IMG/VR virus record: IMGVR_UViG_3300030207_002263
Span: 1 to 40,196 of that record
Source of the DNA: a virus
Taxonomy: Duplodnaviria > Caudoviricetes
Length of the DNA: 40,196 nucleotides
Direction: 5' to 3' (one strand)
Shown here: positions 28,954-37,632 of the stretch, one piece after another
Position numbering within the stretch: position 1 is the stretch's first letter
Layout: the number at the start of each line of letters is the position of its first letter
Position numbers and translations under genes: made by a program
The notes under the pieces: generated by a model
What the model saw: the letters and a program-made list of their open reading frames with translations, nothing else
Databases searched by the model: none
What the model was told of the DNA's origin: nothing

Positions 28954-29809
28954 ACCAGTCTCTCACCCGACACCAGTTCTGAACGCACCTCGTGTCTTCG
29001 CCTGTCCTGACCTCGATCATTAGACCTCTCTCACTAGAGCTTTCTAAATAATCTGCTGCATCCTCTTTAGTCTTCAAGACTCTTAACGCTCTCTTCCTTC
29101 CGCTTTTCATCACTGCGTAAGTATCGTCTTTTTTCCATCGTTCCTTGTCGCTGCACTTGACCAAGTCGTTGTCTGTTATCCGCTGATACTCTGCCTCCTG
29201 ATGGAGAGATACTCTCCTCCGGACATACTCATCGCACTCCTCTGGATTCCACACCGGGATCTCTACGATGTGTATTGGAGATTGCGGGTAGTCACCTTCC
29301 TCTTCTGCTTTCCTGCGTTGCCAATCGCGCAGTATCGCTATGATCCTTAACTGTTTAACCTTCAATTGTTTAGATTGACGCACTAACCATGCGTATACGT
29401 TAAGTTGGTTGTGCCATTCCTGCTTGTCGTATATCACGCTCCAGACGCTCGTAACCTTGTAGTCACTGATAATCACGCCTCGTTTGGTTATCTCTTGCAG
29501 GTCTATCGCCCCGGATATCGTCCACCCATCCACCTCTGCGAACAATCGTTCCTCACTCAGAATGTTCTGGTCTTCGTTGTCCTCCAGACTCTTCTCGAAC
29601 ATTCCGTGTACGGAAGTGCCAAACCTGCTCCACAAGAAGTCCACTGCATCTTGCTCAATCTCTTCTTCGTTCTCTCTCTGTAAAATCGAAATCCTGGGAG
29701 AGTCTATAAGCTGGGTGACCGATCTATTGCTAGCCCCCCGGCTGTACTCGTCAAAGGTCAGGGCATCGACAACCACCTTGGGAAGTTTGAAGTTGTTAGT
29801 TATCTTCAT
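28928..29809 (-). CDS. Cas4-like PD-(D/E)XK exonuclease
   Basis: 'RFGTSVH', 'ISGAID', 'ISDYKVT', 'QLNVY', C-terminal 'RC.NWC.V..WC.Q'; AGGAG SD; partner of the annealase. Confidence 0.8.
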   Translation of the reverse strand: MKITNNFKLPKVVVDALTFDEYSRGASNRSVTQLIDSPRISILQRENEEEIEQDAVDFLWSRFGTSVHGMFEKSLEDNEDQNILSEERLFAEVDGWTISGAIDLQEITKRGVIISDYKVTSVWSVIYDKQEWHNQLNVYAWLVRQSKQLKVKQLRIIAILRDWQRRKAEEEGDYPQSPIHIVEIPVWNPEECDEYVRRRVSLHQEAEYQRITDNDLVKCSDKERWKKDDTYAVMKSGRKRALRVLKTKEDAADYLESSSERGLMIEVRTGEDTRCVQNWCRVRDWCDQFQTGA

Positions 29810-29812
29810 CTC

Positions 29813-30355
29813 CTATCGCCCACCATCTTTTTTGTAGTCTTGGAATGCTTTTGTAGCTCCACTTTTTTTGTAGACTTTGTTGGCTTTGGCAAACCATGCC
29901 TTTTGTCTTTTGCGCCTGACATCCTTTTTGAGTTGATGCCAATCAGAGGTTGCTTCTAAGATTTCTTGCCTAGTTGATTTGTGAGCAAAGCCTTTCTTTC
30001 TAAATCCTGTAGTTGGATGAGATATTGTTGGAGATGGTTTGTTAACACCCCCATACACATTGTGCTTCATCATGCAGGTTCTACAGACAGGAGTGCCATC
30101 AGGTAGCTCTTTAGACACCTTATTCTTGCATCGGGGCGTTGAGCATTTAGCAAGCTTTTTACGCGCCCTTAGGTAATCTTTTCTGTCCCTTCTTGATGCT
30201 TCGTGGACCTGCTCTCTTTTTGCAATAGATCTGCATTCATCAGAGCAGTAACGGCCCCTTGGGTTTTCATCGGAATACTTTTTCCCACATCTTCTGCAAG
30301 CCTTGTGGGTTAGCACAGGTATGCCATCTTCTATCTCAATCAAAGCACTCTCCAA
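29813..30355 (-). CDS. Cys-rich (zinc-finger-like) basic protein
   Basis: C..C...YCSDECR and CSTPRC...CRTC motifs. Confidence 0.65.
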   Translation of the reverse strand: MESALIEIEDGIPVLTHKACRRCGKKYSDENPRGRYCSDECRSIAKREQVHEASRRDRKDYLRARKKLAKCSTPRCKNKVSKELPDGTPVCRTCMMKHNVYGGVNKPSPTISHPTTGFRKKGFAHKSTRQEILEATSDWHQLKKDVRRKRQKAWFAKANKVYKKSGATKAFQDYKKDGGR

Positions 30356-30630
30356 ACCCTGATGGACTTATGCTTCTCCACCCAACGTCCGGTCCATTTC
30401 TTGTGTCCCTTGTTCTCTGCATTCATTCTAGCAATGCAGGTCCAATTATTAGCAGCTCTGTTTTTTGAGGGGTCTGTTATAGCTCCCAAGGCCGAAACAT
30501 CATCGACTACAAAAGACTGACCCACCTCCATCCTATACATTACCTCAACATACTTTTGCCTAGACGATCTCCGCACCAAGCTACTAGGCAGCGGCACGTT
30601 ATCCTCAAGAACTACTTGATCATCACTCAC
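30340..30630 (-). CDS. Small putative DNA-binding protein ('EDNVPLP...MEVGQSF...IRVWR')
   Basis: GGAG SD before GTG; paralogous to the upstream gene. Confidence 0.7.
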   Translation of the reverse strand: MSDDQVVLEDNVPLPSSLVRRSSRQKYVEVMYRMEVGQSFVVDDVSALGAITDPSKNRAANNWTCIARMNAENKGHKKWTGRWVEKHKSIRVWRVL

Positions 30631-30655
30631 TTTTGATTCTCCAGTTTTGAGAGAT

Positions 30656-30982
30656 CTAATCTCTCGTCAGTTTAACTCTATAGACCCTGACCCCTTTCCT
30701 GAGATCTGGTTCCGGGTATTGATATTTCCTGACACTAAACAACCAGTCACTGTGGTAACCCTGCTTAGGATCAGATTGGAATCTCCTGATTGCGCTCCGC
30801 AAAGCATTGATCCTAGATTTAACCGATTCATCATCAACCTCTATGAAGAAGCTCTGACCTTCGCTCATACTCGACAGCGTTTGCTTTAGGTTTTCCGGTA
30901 ACTTCCCTTTCTCCCCAGACCGATTGTCCTGCGGCATCGGGATGTTGTCCTCGATCACTAACATATCTGCACTCTGATTCAT
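30656..30982 (-). CDS. Small putative DNA-binding protein ('IEDNIPMP...MSEGQSF...GVRVYR')
   Basis: Start at ATG 30982 with AAGGAAGGA SD; paralogue of 30340..30630. Confidence 0.7.
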   Translation of the reverse strand: MNQSADMLVIEDNIPMPQDNRSGEKGKLPENLKQTLSSMSEGQSFFIEVDDESVKSRINALRSAIRRFQSDPKQGYHSDWLFSVRKYQYPEPDLRKGVRVYRVKLTRD

Positions 30983-31095
30983 CGAAATAGATCCTTCCTT
31001 TTTGTTCCTCACCAATTAGGTGCTGTTTAAGTTTTCCCAAACTCCTGCTCCCTTTGCTACCATAGCGAAAACAAGCCTAACATATCGAGAATGCT

Positions 31096-31449
31096 TTGAC
31101 AACAGTAGTGCGTATAATATATGGTGAGCCAGCGTCGAAAGCAAACAGTAGGCAGTTGGTAACCATAAAAGGCCGTCCAGCGTTTATTAAGAGCAAGAAG
31201 GCGCGGGAGTACGTTAAGTCGTTCCAAACCCAGTGTGAGGCCTTACAGGAGCTTCTAGAGGGTGATTTGGAGGTGATCATAAAGATCTACTATGCGACCA
31301 GGAGACCGGACTTAGATGAGTCGGTTATCTTGGATTGTATGCAGGATCTGATTTACAAGAACGACAGACAGGTTAAGGTTAAGCATGTTTTTTGGGGGCT
31401 TGATAAAGATGAACCAAGAGCGGAGATCACAGTTAACACTCTCGATTGA
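31096..31449 (+). CDS. rusA: RusA-family Holliday junction resolvase
   Basis: 'GEPASKANSR', 'RRPDLD', 'DCMQ..IYKNDRQV', 'DKDEPRAEITV'. Confidence 0.85.
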   Translation: MTTVVRIIYGEPASKANSRQLVTIKGRPAFIKSKKAREYVKSFQTQCEALQELLEGDLEVIIKIYYATRRPDLDESVILDCMQDLIYKNDRQVKVKHVFWGLDKDEPRAEITVNTLD

Positions 31450-31642
31450 AAAGCAAGCATTAAAAGATCTTGCTTCGACTAACGAGCACACAAGGGTTGA
31501 TGCTATGCTTCATTTCCTGAGGATGAAACAAACAAATCCGAAAGAGTTTTCTGAAAAAGTTTTTGCGATATTCCCTCTCAAGGGAGCGCAAAGAAAGAGG
31601 GCGGTGAATGATTTGCTGGAGGAACTAGATGAGGGAAGATGA
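31409..31642 (+). CDS. Hypothetical protein
   Basis: ORF following rusA; start codon uncertain. Confidence 0.5.
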   Translation: MNQERRSQLTLSIEKQALKDLASTNEHTRVDAMLHFLRMKQTNPKEFSEKVFAIFPLKGAQRKRAVNDLLEELDEGR

Positions 31643-31717
31643 CATTTTCTATCAATGTCGATTCTGGCTTGAGACTGAAGGGAGATTAGTCAGTTGGGAT
31701 TACATGATTGAGAAGCT

Positions 31718-31819
31718 TAGGAATATTCCTAGATGAGGATATTCCGTGTCTTCTTATATGTCTGTTTATCTTTCCTAAGGGATATGACAGACGGAATATA
31801 TTCCTATCGCCGTAGCGAT
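31718..31819. repeat. Cluster of GGAATATTCC-type palindromes / inverted repeats
   Basis: TAGGAATATTCCTA 31718-31731; ATATTCCGT 31739-31747 / ACGGAATAT 31791-31799; GGAATATATTCC 31793-31804; ATCGC-CGTA-GCGAT 31806-31819. Confidence 0.7.
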
Positions 31820-31859
31820 TATATGGATAAAAACACAAACAAAGCAGGAGTGCAACAAA

Positions 31860-33605
31860 ATGACCAAGGAAGACTTGGAAAAGATACTTAGTGGCTACAC
31901 CGAATCCGCTAGGATTCAATGTCCTGAGTGTGGCAACACGCGAAAGAAAAAGACCGACAAATCAATGGGTCTCACTGTCAGCGGGAACGAAACGCTTTAC
32001 CAGTGCTTCCATTGCGGATTGGCCGGTAAGCTCGTCCACCCAAGCTTCAGACCGGAACCCTCCAAGGTTCGAGCTATCAGTGTTCCGAAAGAAACGAATA
32101 AAGAATTGGTTGATGAGTATTTAAGCACTAGATCGATTGACCCGGACAAGGTCAGGGATTTCCCGGTCATTGGGGGAGCAAAGTTTTTTAACGGGGCGGG
32201 ACAACTATCATCATTGGGTTTCGTGTATGGTGAGAAAGAAGCTGTTAAGTGGCGTAGTGTTATCGGCAAGCATTTCACGCAGGACGGTTCTGCCAAAACA
32301 TTGTGGGGTATCGATCAGTTATCCGACGACTGCGACACGCTAATCATAGTCGAGGGAGAGATGGATGTCCTTGCCTGTGCGTCTGCTGGTGTACGCAATG
32401 TGGTCAGCGTACCCAACGGCGCTCCACAGAAAGTATCTAAGAAGACCGTGGACCCGGAAGAAGACAATAAGTTTTCTTACATATGGGCCGCTAAAGATTT
32501 AATCGAAAAGGTAGACAAGGTGATTCTGGCCGTTGATTCTGATGAGCCGGGTACTGCGTTAGCTGAGGAGCTGGCAAGGAGAATAGGCAGAGCCAAGTGC
32601 TGGTCTGTAAAATGGCCTGATTCCTGTAAAGATGCTAACGATGTAGTACAAAAGGTTGGTCCTGATGTGTTGGTCAAATGCATAGATGAGGCATTAGCTC
32701 TGCCACTTGAAGGCGTCTACAGCGCCAGTGATTACGCACTGGACATCGAGAAGTTGTATGACAACGGATTAGTCGGAGGTTTATCCACCGGGTTATCTAC
32801 TGTCGATAAGCTGTTCACGATATTACCCGGTCAATTGTCTATCGTTACTGGCCTACCCGGCAGTGGTAAGTCTGAGTTTGTTGATCAGATGATGGTCAAC
32901 CTTGCAGAGAATCATGGCTGGAAGTTTGCGGTAGCCTCTTTCGAGAACCCACCCAGTATTCACATAGCGAAGCTTAGTGAAAAGAAGATAGGCAAACCTT
33001 TCTTTCCAAACGACAAAGCGCCAAGGATGAGCAGAGCAGAGTCAATTGAGGCTATGAATTGGGTATCTAATCACTTCTTATTCTTAGAGCAGAGAGGCGG
33101 CGAACCTGCAACCATCGACAGCATCTTGGATTCTGTGAGGCAAAGCGTCATGCGGCTGGGTATCAGGGGTGTTTGCATAGATCCATACAACTATCTAAGT
33201 CAGGCAAAGACCAGTGAGAACGAGCACACGGGCATCAATGAGATGCTGACAAAGCTAGTGTCTTTTGCCAGAGCTAATCAGGTTCACATATGGTTCGTTG
33301 CTCACCCGGCAAAAATGGCAACCAACCCGGACGGGTCAACTGCTGTTCCCAAGGGGATGAACATATCGGGCAGTGCTGCCTTCTTTGCCAAGGCCGACTT
33401 AGGAGTGACGGTACACCTCAGCCCTGATAAGGTGACTGAGATACATTGTTGGAAGGCTAGGTTTAAATGGATAGGCACAACTGGGTCCACAACTTTGGAT
33501 TACGACATACCGACAGGGGTGTATTCTAACCCCACCTTCGAGCGGGACTATGAGATAGAGGGATCAAAAGACTGGCATGAGACTGAGGAGGAATGGAGGA
33601 TATAG
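31860..33605 (+). CDS. Primase-helicase (T7 gp4/Twinkle-like)
   Basis: Zn finger CPEC...CFHC, TOPRIM 'IVEGEMD' and 'DSDEPG', SF4 Walker A 'GLPGSGKS', 'IDPYN', 'VAHPAK'; CAGGAG SD. Confidence 0.92.
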   Translation: MTKEDLEKILSGYTESARIQCPECGNTRKKKTDKSMGLTVSGNETLYQCFHCGLAGKLVHPSFRPEPSKVRAISVPKETNKELVDEYLSTRSIDPDKVRDFPVIGGAKFFNGAGQLSSLGFVYGEKEAVKWRSVIGKHFTQDGSAKTLWGIDQLSDDCDTLIIVEGEMDVLACASAGVRNVVSVPNGAPQKVSKKTVDPEEDNKFSYIWAAKDLIEKVDKVILAVDSDEPGTALAEELARRIGRAKCWSVKWPDSCKDANDVVQKVGPDVLVKCIDEALALPLEGVYSASDYALDIEKLYDNGLVGGLSTGLSTVDKLFTILPGQLSIVTGLPGSGKSEFVDQMMVNLAENHGWKFAVASFENPPSIHIAKLSEKKIGKPFFPNDKAPRMSRAESIEAMNWVSNHFLFLEQRGGEPATIDSILDSVRQSVMRLGIRGVCIDPYNYLSQAKTSENEHTGINEMLTKLVSFARANQVHIWFVAHPAKMATNPDGSTAVPKGMNISGSAAFFAKADLGVTVHLSPDKVTEIHCWKARFKWIGTTGSTTLDYDIPTGVYSNPTFERDYEIEGSKDWHETEEEWRI

Positions 33606-34015
33606 AAGTAAATGATGTAGGCACACCGGCCATACATCAAAAACATACGACTGTACTGGAGAAGTCTGACAGCGGCATCGGCAGAGCTAGGGTCACTAAT
33701 CAGTTATTTATTGACAAGTTACTGATTAACAAAAGCATCACCATACCTCAGCATCAGGCGGCAGAAAGACTTCTAGCACAGGCAGTGAACGCTGGCGCTT
33801 ACATCAGGTCACCCAACATGGTAGGCGCTTTCGGTAGCGGTATCCCCAAGGGAAGGCACGATCTGATTCTCGGACTGAGCAGGACTCTACGAAGAATCAC
33901 CCAAGAATTTTCTGAGCAAGCTACTCACATCACATACTCAATTGTCATAGAAGACAAACCCACCAAGAAACAATCAGACATCGAAACACTGCAAGAAGTT
34001 CTCGACTTCATATAG
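33593..34015 (+). CDS. Hypothetical protein
   Basis: GAGGAGG SD; overlaps the helicase 3' end. Confidence 0.75.
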   Translation: MEDIEVNDVGTPAIHQKHTTVLEKSDSGIGRARVTNQLFIDKLLINKSITIPQHQAAERLLAQAVNAGAYIRSPNMVGAFGSGIPKGRHDLILGLSRTLRRITQEFSEQATHITYSIVIEDKPTKKQSDIETLQEVLDFI

Positions 34016-34155
34016 CAGCTTGCCTCCCGGATCAGTTCCAGGTTGCCCTGGGAGAACTAAAAGGGGCTGATAAAAACGCCTGAAACGCAGCTATGAAAGC
34101 ATGCAACCTTTTGAGGGTTTTGAGGGTGATATGTTAACCGTATTTTATTTTCACA

Positions 34156-34198
34156 TTTGGATGTAAGACGTACCTTTTTTTGGATGCAAGACGTACCT
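34156..34198. repeat. 20-bp direct repeat TTTGGATG(T/C)AAGACGTACCT x2
   Basis: Copies at 34156-34175 and 34179-34198, one mismatch, 23-bp period. Confidence 0.85.
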
Positions 34199-34552
34199 AA
34201 TTTGAAGGGACACAAAATGTTGGGGTTGGTTCCTACTCCGGTATTGTGGTTACCAGTGGTAATGAAAATACAGCGGTTGGGAGGTTCGTGTATATATCGC
34301 CTTGTAGGTTGGGTGTTGTGGAGGGAAATAACAGGGGGGGTATGGCGGATGACAGAAAAACACCGGAGTCGGTAGAGGACAATCTATATGATTTCTTTCA
34401 CGGCTGATAAAAACCGCTGAGGTGCTTAACAATTGAACAGTCAGAGTTTGGGGGAGGATTCCCCCCTACCCCGGATGGGGCAGGAGGGTTGCTACTTCTT
34501 GGGAGAAAACGTAGCAGGAGTCAGTAGAATATGACTCATTAGGTAGGTGATT

Positions 34553-34798
34553 TCAATAGGCAAACGAATCCATATCCACGATCCACTTACCTTTTTTGCG
34601 GATGACAGGCCTAGCCCCGCGAAGTTCTGAGATGTGCTCTCGCTTCTTCTTGAGGTTTGCGGCCTCAATCAAGGTGCAGTGATTGCCCTTTTTCTTGGTC
34701 ACAAAGTACAGCCTGTATCCGCTTGGCCTGTGCAGTTGCACTAATTCCCAGCCTTTCTTCTTGAGCCAAGCTTGGGTAATTTCTTTGGGCATTCTCAT
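34553..34798 (-). CDS. Hypothetical basic protein
   Basis: TAATG coupling with the upstream small gene. Confidence 0.65.
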   Translation of the reverse strand: MRMPKEITQAWLKKKGWELVQLHRPSGYRLYFVTKKKGNHCTLIEAANLKKKREHISELRGARPVIRKKGKWIVDMDSFAY

Positions 34799-34974
34799 TA
34801 TTCATACCCCCTTATCAATCGTTCAGCTTTCTTGAGACCCTTAACCTCACCCCACAATTCACCAAGGTGCTGGCTATATCCATAGATAAGCTCGTCCTCT
34901 TCAATCTGATCCTGTAAATCAGAAATCCTTTTGTTGATTCTATTCAACACCACCTCTTTTCTATTCTCGTCCAT
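34798..34974 (-). CDS. Hypothetical 58-aa protein (MDENRKEVVLNRINKRISDLQDQIEE...)
   Basis: GAGGAG SD; fills the gap exactly; below the ORF track cut-off. Confidence 0.7.
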   Translation of the reverse strand: MDENRKEVVLNRINKRISDLQDQIEEDELIYGYSQHLGELWGEVKGLKKAERLIRGYE

Positions 34975-34980
34975 CACTCC

Positions 34981-35364
34981 TCACCACTTTTGTTTCATAC
35001 TAAGTCTAAGGGCAGCATGCTTTAGGGTCTTGGCTGGCAACATCTTGCCCACCTCGAACTCTTCATCAAGCTTCTCCTGTAATGTTTTTGGAATCCATAA
35101 GCGTGGATGGGTATAACCAGCCTTAACGCCGTCAGGTATGATTGAGGCTCCTGATCTCTTGATGTCCCAAATCATGTAGTTGTGGCATCCCCAAGTATCG
35201 CACTCAGTTTCATAACCTTGCTCTTCGATAAATGCCGCAACGATATCAGTGCCATTCCAGCCATCGCCGTCTTCAAAGCCAAACTTACTGAAGGCCTCCT
35301 CCCAATCCCAATCGACTATGTAGGTAGGGTTTTCTTCGCCTCCAAATATTATTTCTCTAGGCAT
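34981..35364 (-). CDS. Hypothetical protein ('WEEAFSKFGFEDGDGW')
   Basis: AAGGAG SD directly downstream of hammerhead HH-D. Confidence 0.75.
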   Translation of the reverse strand: MPREIIFGGEENPTYIVDWDWEEAFSKFGFEDGDGWNGTDIVAAFIEEQGYETECDTWGCHNYMIWDIKRSGASIIPDGVKAGYTHPRLWIPKTLQEKLDEEFEVGKMLPAKTLKHAALRLSMKQKW

Positions 35365-35382
35365 TGTTGTTGATCTCCTTTT

Positions 35383-35451
35383 TTGCTTTCCAAGAGCGCC
35401 CCTCCTAAGACGCTTTCACGCTGGTAGCAAGCCAGCACTCATCAGTTGGAA
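35383..35451 (-). ncRNA. Hammerhead ribozyme type I (HH-D, CUC cleavage triplet)
   Basis: UUCCAA CUGAUGA GUGCUGG-CUUGCUA-CCAGCGU GAAA GCG...CGC UC^ UUGGAA AGCAA; loop UUGCU pairs with AGCAA; cut 35394/35393. Confidence 0.85.
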
Positions 35452-35453
35452 TG

Positions 35454-36695
35454 TTAGATGTTCTCAGGGTCCAGCATGATCACCTCACCAAAAGGCTCAC
35501 AACCCCGGAAGAACGGTGCTCTGCCGGTAGTCGCCCATATGACCGGGAAGTCAGGCTCGTAGAAGTTGTGCCTAGCTTCAGGGCCGACATCGCCCCACCC
35601 GTCAGTGAAGTAGATCATCGCGCAGGGATCTAGATCTTTGCTATGGACATAGTTGAACGGCGGGTTGAACTCAGTGCCGCCGCTCTCAGGAACGTGCAGC
35701 TTGATCTCATCACCGCGCTCGAACTCAGACACACCGCAAACAACCTCATGGCAGTAGATAACCACAATCTTTTTGGGCATGACTGAGTCGGCAATGTCCT
35801 GCAACTCTGATGCGATCACCCTCAGCTCTTCAGCCGTGAACATCGAGAAGCTGCAATCTATCGCAATGACCAGCTCACCAGTAGGCTCACGCCTAGGTGT
35901 TGGCAGTATCCAGCCAGTAGATAGAAGCCTACGGTTGGGTCTAGCAAAGGTATTCTCTGCACAGTTGAAGTTCGTGAATAGAGCCTTCAGCTCCTCAGCC
36001 CAGCTAACCGTAGATGCTCCAATGCCATCGATAAGCTTGTCCACGGCAAAGTTGCCACGGCCAGCGATCTTGTCAGCGATAGTCTTGGCTTGATGCATCT
36101 GTGCAGCAATCTCCCGCTCCATAGCCTTGGCGATCTCTACAGGAGTGCCGTAGGCGTTTTTCCTACGCTCATCATAATCATCACCCTCACCATCACCCTC
36201 AGGTGCAGGGAGAACCTCGCCAGCAATCGGGCCGTTGGGGCGCTGTAACTCTCCAGCATCGTCGAGCTTTTTGAGCTTGGCATATATCTGCTCTGCGCTC
36301 ATGTTTTCATAGCTCCAGTCGAGCAAGACGCCCTCAGGCATCTTGAGTCCAATCTTAACCAGTGCCGGGTTAATAGCTAAGTCACAAGCCATGTTCCAGA
36401 TATCGTGATCACGGTCACCCTTGCGAGTCATATGGAAAGAATCCACATGCACGACCTCGTGAGCATTCGTAAACTCAAGCTCGTCCATAGTCTGGGTGAG
36501 TATCCAATCAGGATTGTAGAGCAGGTGAACGCCATCAGTCGCCATAGTCTGGATGTCATAGGTTGGGACCAACTTGAGCATGTTGATTCTCATACAGAAG
36601 TAGATCGTGTTGGGGTTGACCGCCAGCCTACGGATAGCTTTCTTGACCATCTCTCCAGCCAAGTAGGTGTTGTCCTCAGAATACGCTAGGTTCAT
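35454..36695 (-). CDS. DUF2201-type metallopeptidase + VWA-like protein
   Basis: 'TMATDG', 'AHEVVH', 'WNMACD.AIN', MIDAS-like 'AIDCSFSM', 'GGTEFNPPF', 'IYFTDG.G'; AAGGAGG SD. Confidence 0.85.
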   Translation of the reverse strand: MNLAYSEDNTYLAGEMVKKAIRRLAVNPNTIYFCMRINMLKLVPTYDIQTMATDGVHLLYNPDWILTQTMDELEFTNAHEVVHVDSFHMTRKGDRDHDIWNMACDLAINPALVKIGLKMPEGVLLDWSYENMSAEQIYAKLKKLDDAGELQRPNGPIAGEVLPAPEGDGEGDDYDERRKNAYGTPVEIAKAMEREIAAQMHQAKTIADKIAGRGNFAVDKLIDGIGASTVSWAEELKALFTNFNCAENTFARPNRRLLSTGWILPTPRREPTGELVIAIDCSFSMFTAEELRVIASELQDIADSVMPKKIVVIYCHEVVCGVSEFERGDEIKLHVPESGGTEFNPPFNYVHSKDLDPCAMIYFTDGWGDVGPEARHNFYEPDFPVIWATTGRAPFFRGCEPFGEVIMLDPENI

Positions 36696-36704
36696 TTGAC
36701 CTCC

Positions 36705-37589
36705 TTAGTCATAAAGCCCAGTTAAGTTATCGATGATGTCCTTCGCAGAGTCGCTAGCCTTCTTGCGCTGGACCTTAGATTTCCGTAAATCCTCAGGGTT
36801 GAGGTTAGAGAAACGGGTCAGCAAATCGTTGGCAGCTTGGGTAAGCTTAGGATCACCAGTGATGTTGAGATGCGGCAGAGAACCGGCAAGGTTGGCAAGC
36901 TTCGACACAGTGTTGTCGGAGAACTTGCTGGCCCTCTTAGCTCCGGGAGCCTTCTTACCGTGGCGTTCCATGCCATCGACAAAGTCCTGCAATGCATCCA
37001 CAACCCGGTCATGCACACTGCGAGTAGCGTTTTCGACACGCTCAGTCACGCTGGCCTCGATGTCTGCCTTCATCTTATCGAGTGCAGCTTTGGGCAGATT
37101 AAGCTTGATATCAGAGTCTGGTATCTTGTTCTTCTCTACCTTGATGCTGTAGCTATCGACAACCTCGTCTACCGTTGGGTAGTCGTTAATGTCGAATGCA
37201 GCGCCCAAGTCCCTCCGCGCTCGATCAAGTATGTCCGGGTAAGTTTTGCGTAACTCAGCCTTGAGGTCGTTCTGCTTTGTGATCTTGCGCTTCATCTCAG
37301 CATCGAACTTGTCAAACATCGCCACGCCCTGAATATACCAGCCGTCACCGTCCCACAATGCGCCGTGGTCAGGGATAGTGTGATTCCTGATCTGCCCCTG
37401 ATTAGAGTTAAGAGACTTGATTACAGGAGAATCAAACAGGGTCTTGTTGACCCGGATCAATTTGTCCTTCGCACCCTTGGACTCAGTCACCTCATTAGAT
37501 ATTGACTTGTCACGCTTTGTGTTGCCGAACTTAGTCATACGGACCCTGACGAGCAGGTTGTTCTCTTGGATTTTAGTATCCAGATTCAT
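36705..37589 (-). CDS. DUF3150-like protein
   Basis: Sits between the AAA ATPase and DUF2201 genes; 'LG..F...DYP', 'LP.LNITGDP.L'. Confidence 0.6.
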   Translation of the reverse strand: MNLDTKIQENNLLVRVRMTKFGNTKRDKSISNEVTESKGAKDKLIRVNKTLFDSPVIKSLNSNQGQIRNHTIPDHGALWDGDGWYIQGVAMFDKFDAEMKRKITKQNDLKAELRKTYPDILDRARRDLGAAFDINDYPTVDEVVDSYSIKVEKNKIPDSDIKLNLPKAALDKMKADIEASVTERVENATRSVHDRVVDALQDFVDGMERHGKKAPGAKRASKFSDNTVSKLANLAGSLPHLNITGDPKLTQAANDLLTRFSNLNPEDLRKSKVQRKKASDSAKDIIDNLTGLYD

Positions 37590-37601
37590 AGTTGTTCCTT
37601 A

Positions 37602-37616
37602 GGGGGCAGCGCCCCC
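37602..37616. other. GC hairpin GGGGGC-AGC-GCCCCC in the intergenic gap
   Basis: Perfect 6-bp stem immediately upstream of the AAGGA SD of the 36705..37589 gene; no U-tract. Confidence 0.5.
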
Positions 37617-37632
37617 GGTTGGTTAGTGTTGG

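Noticed and set aside
28928-29809. Cas4-like gene as a sign of CRISPR-Cas
   Set aside because: There is no array or other cas gene; it sits with Sak3/SSB-like genes as a phage recombination exonuclease.
30834-31040. 68-aa minus-strand ORF MGKLKQHLIGEEQ... with a GGAG upstream
   Set aside because: It overlaps the well-supported 30656..30982 gene by about 150 nt out of frame; possible but unsupported.
31689-31699. TCAGTTGG match suggesting a fifth hammerhead
   Set aside because: The minus strand reads CUGACUA rather than CUGANGA, and no matching stems or UUGGA arm were found.
34065-34090. CTGATAA...GAAAC on the plus strand resembling a hammerhead core
   Set aside because: It lacks the conserved G8 (CUGAUAA) and has no convincing stem II.
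34157-34432. Short ORFs 34157..34375 (+) and 34250..34432 (-)
   Set aside because: Both have TTG starts with no SD and run through repeat-rich, skewed sequence; likely spurious.
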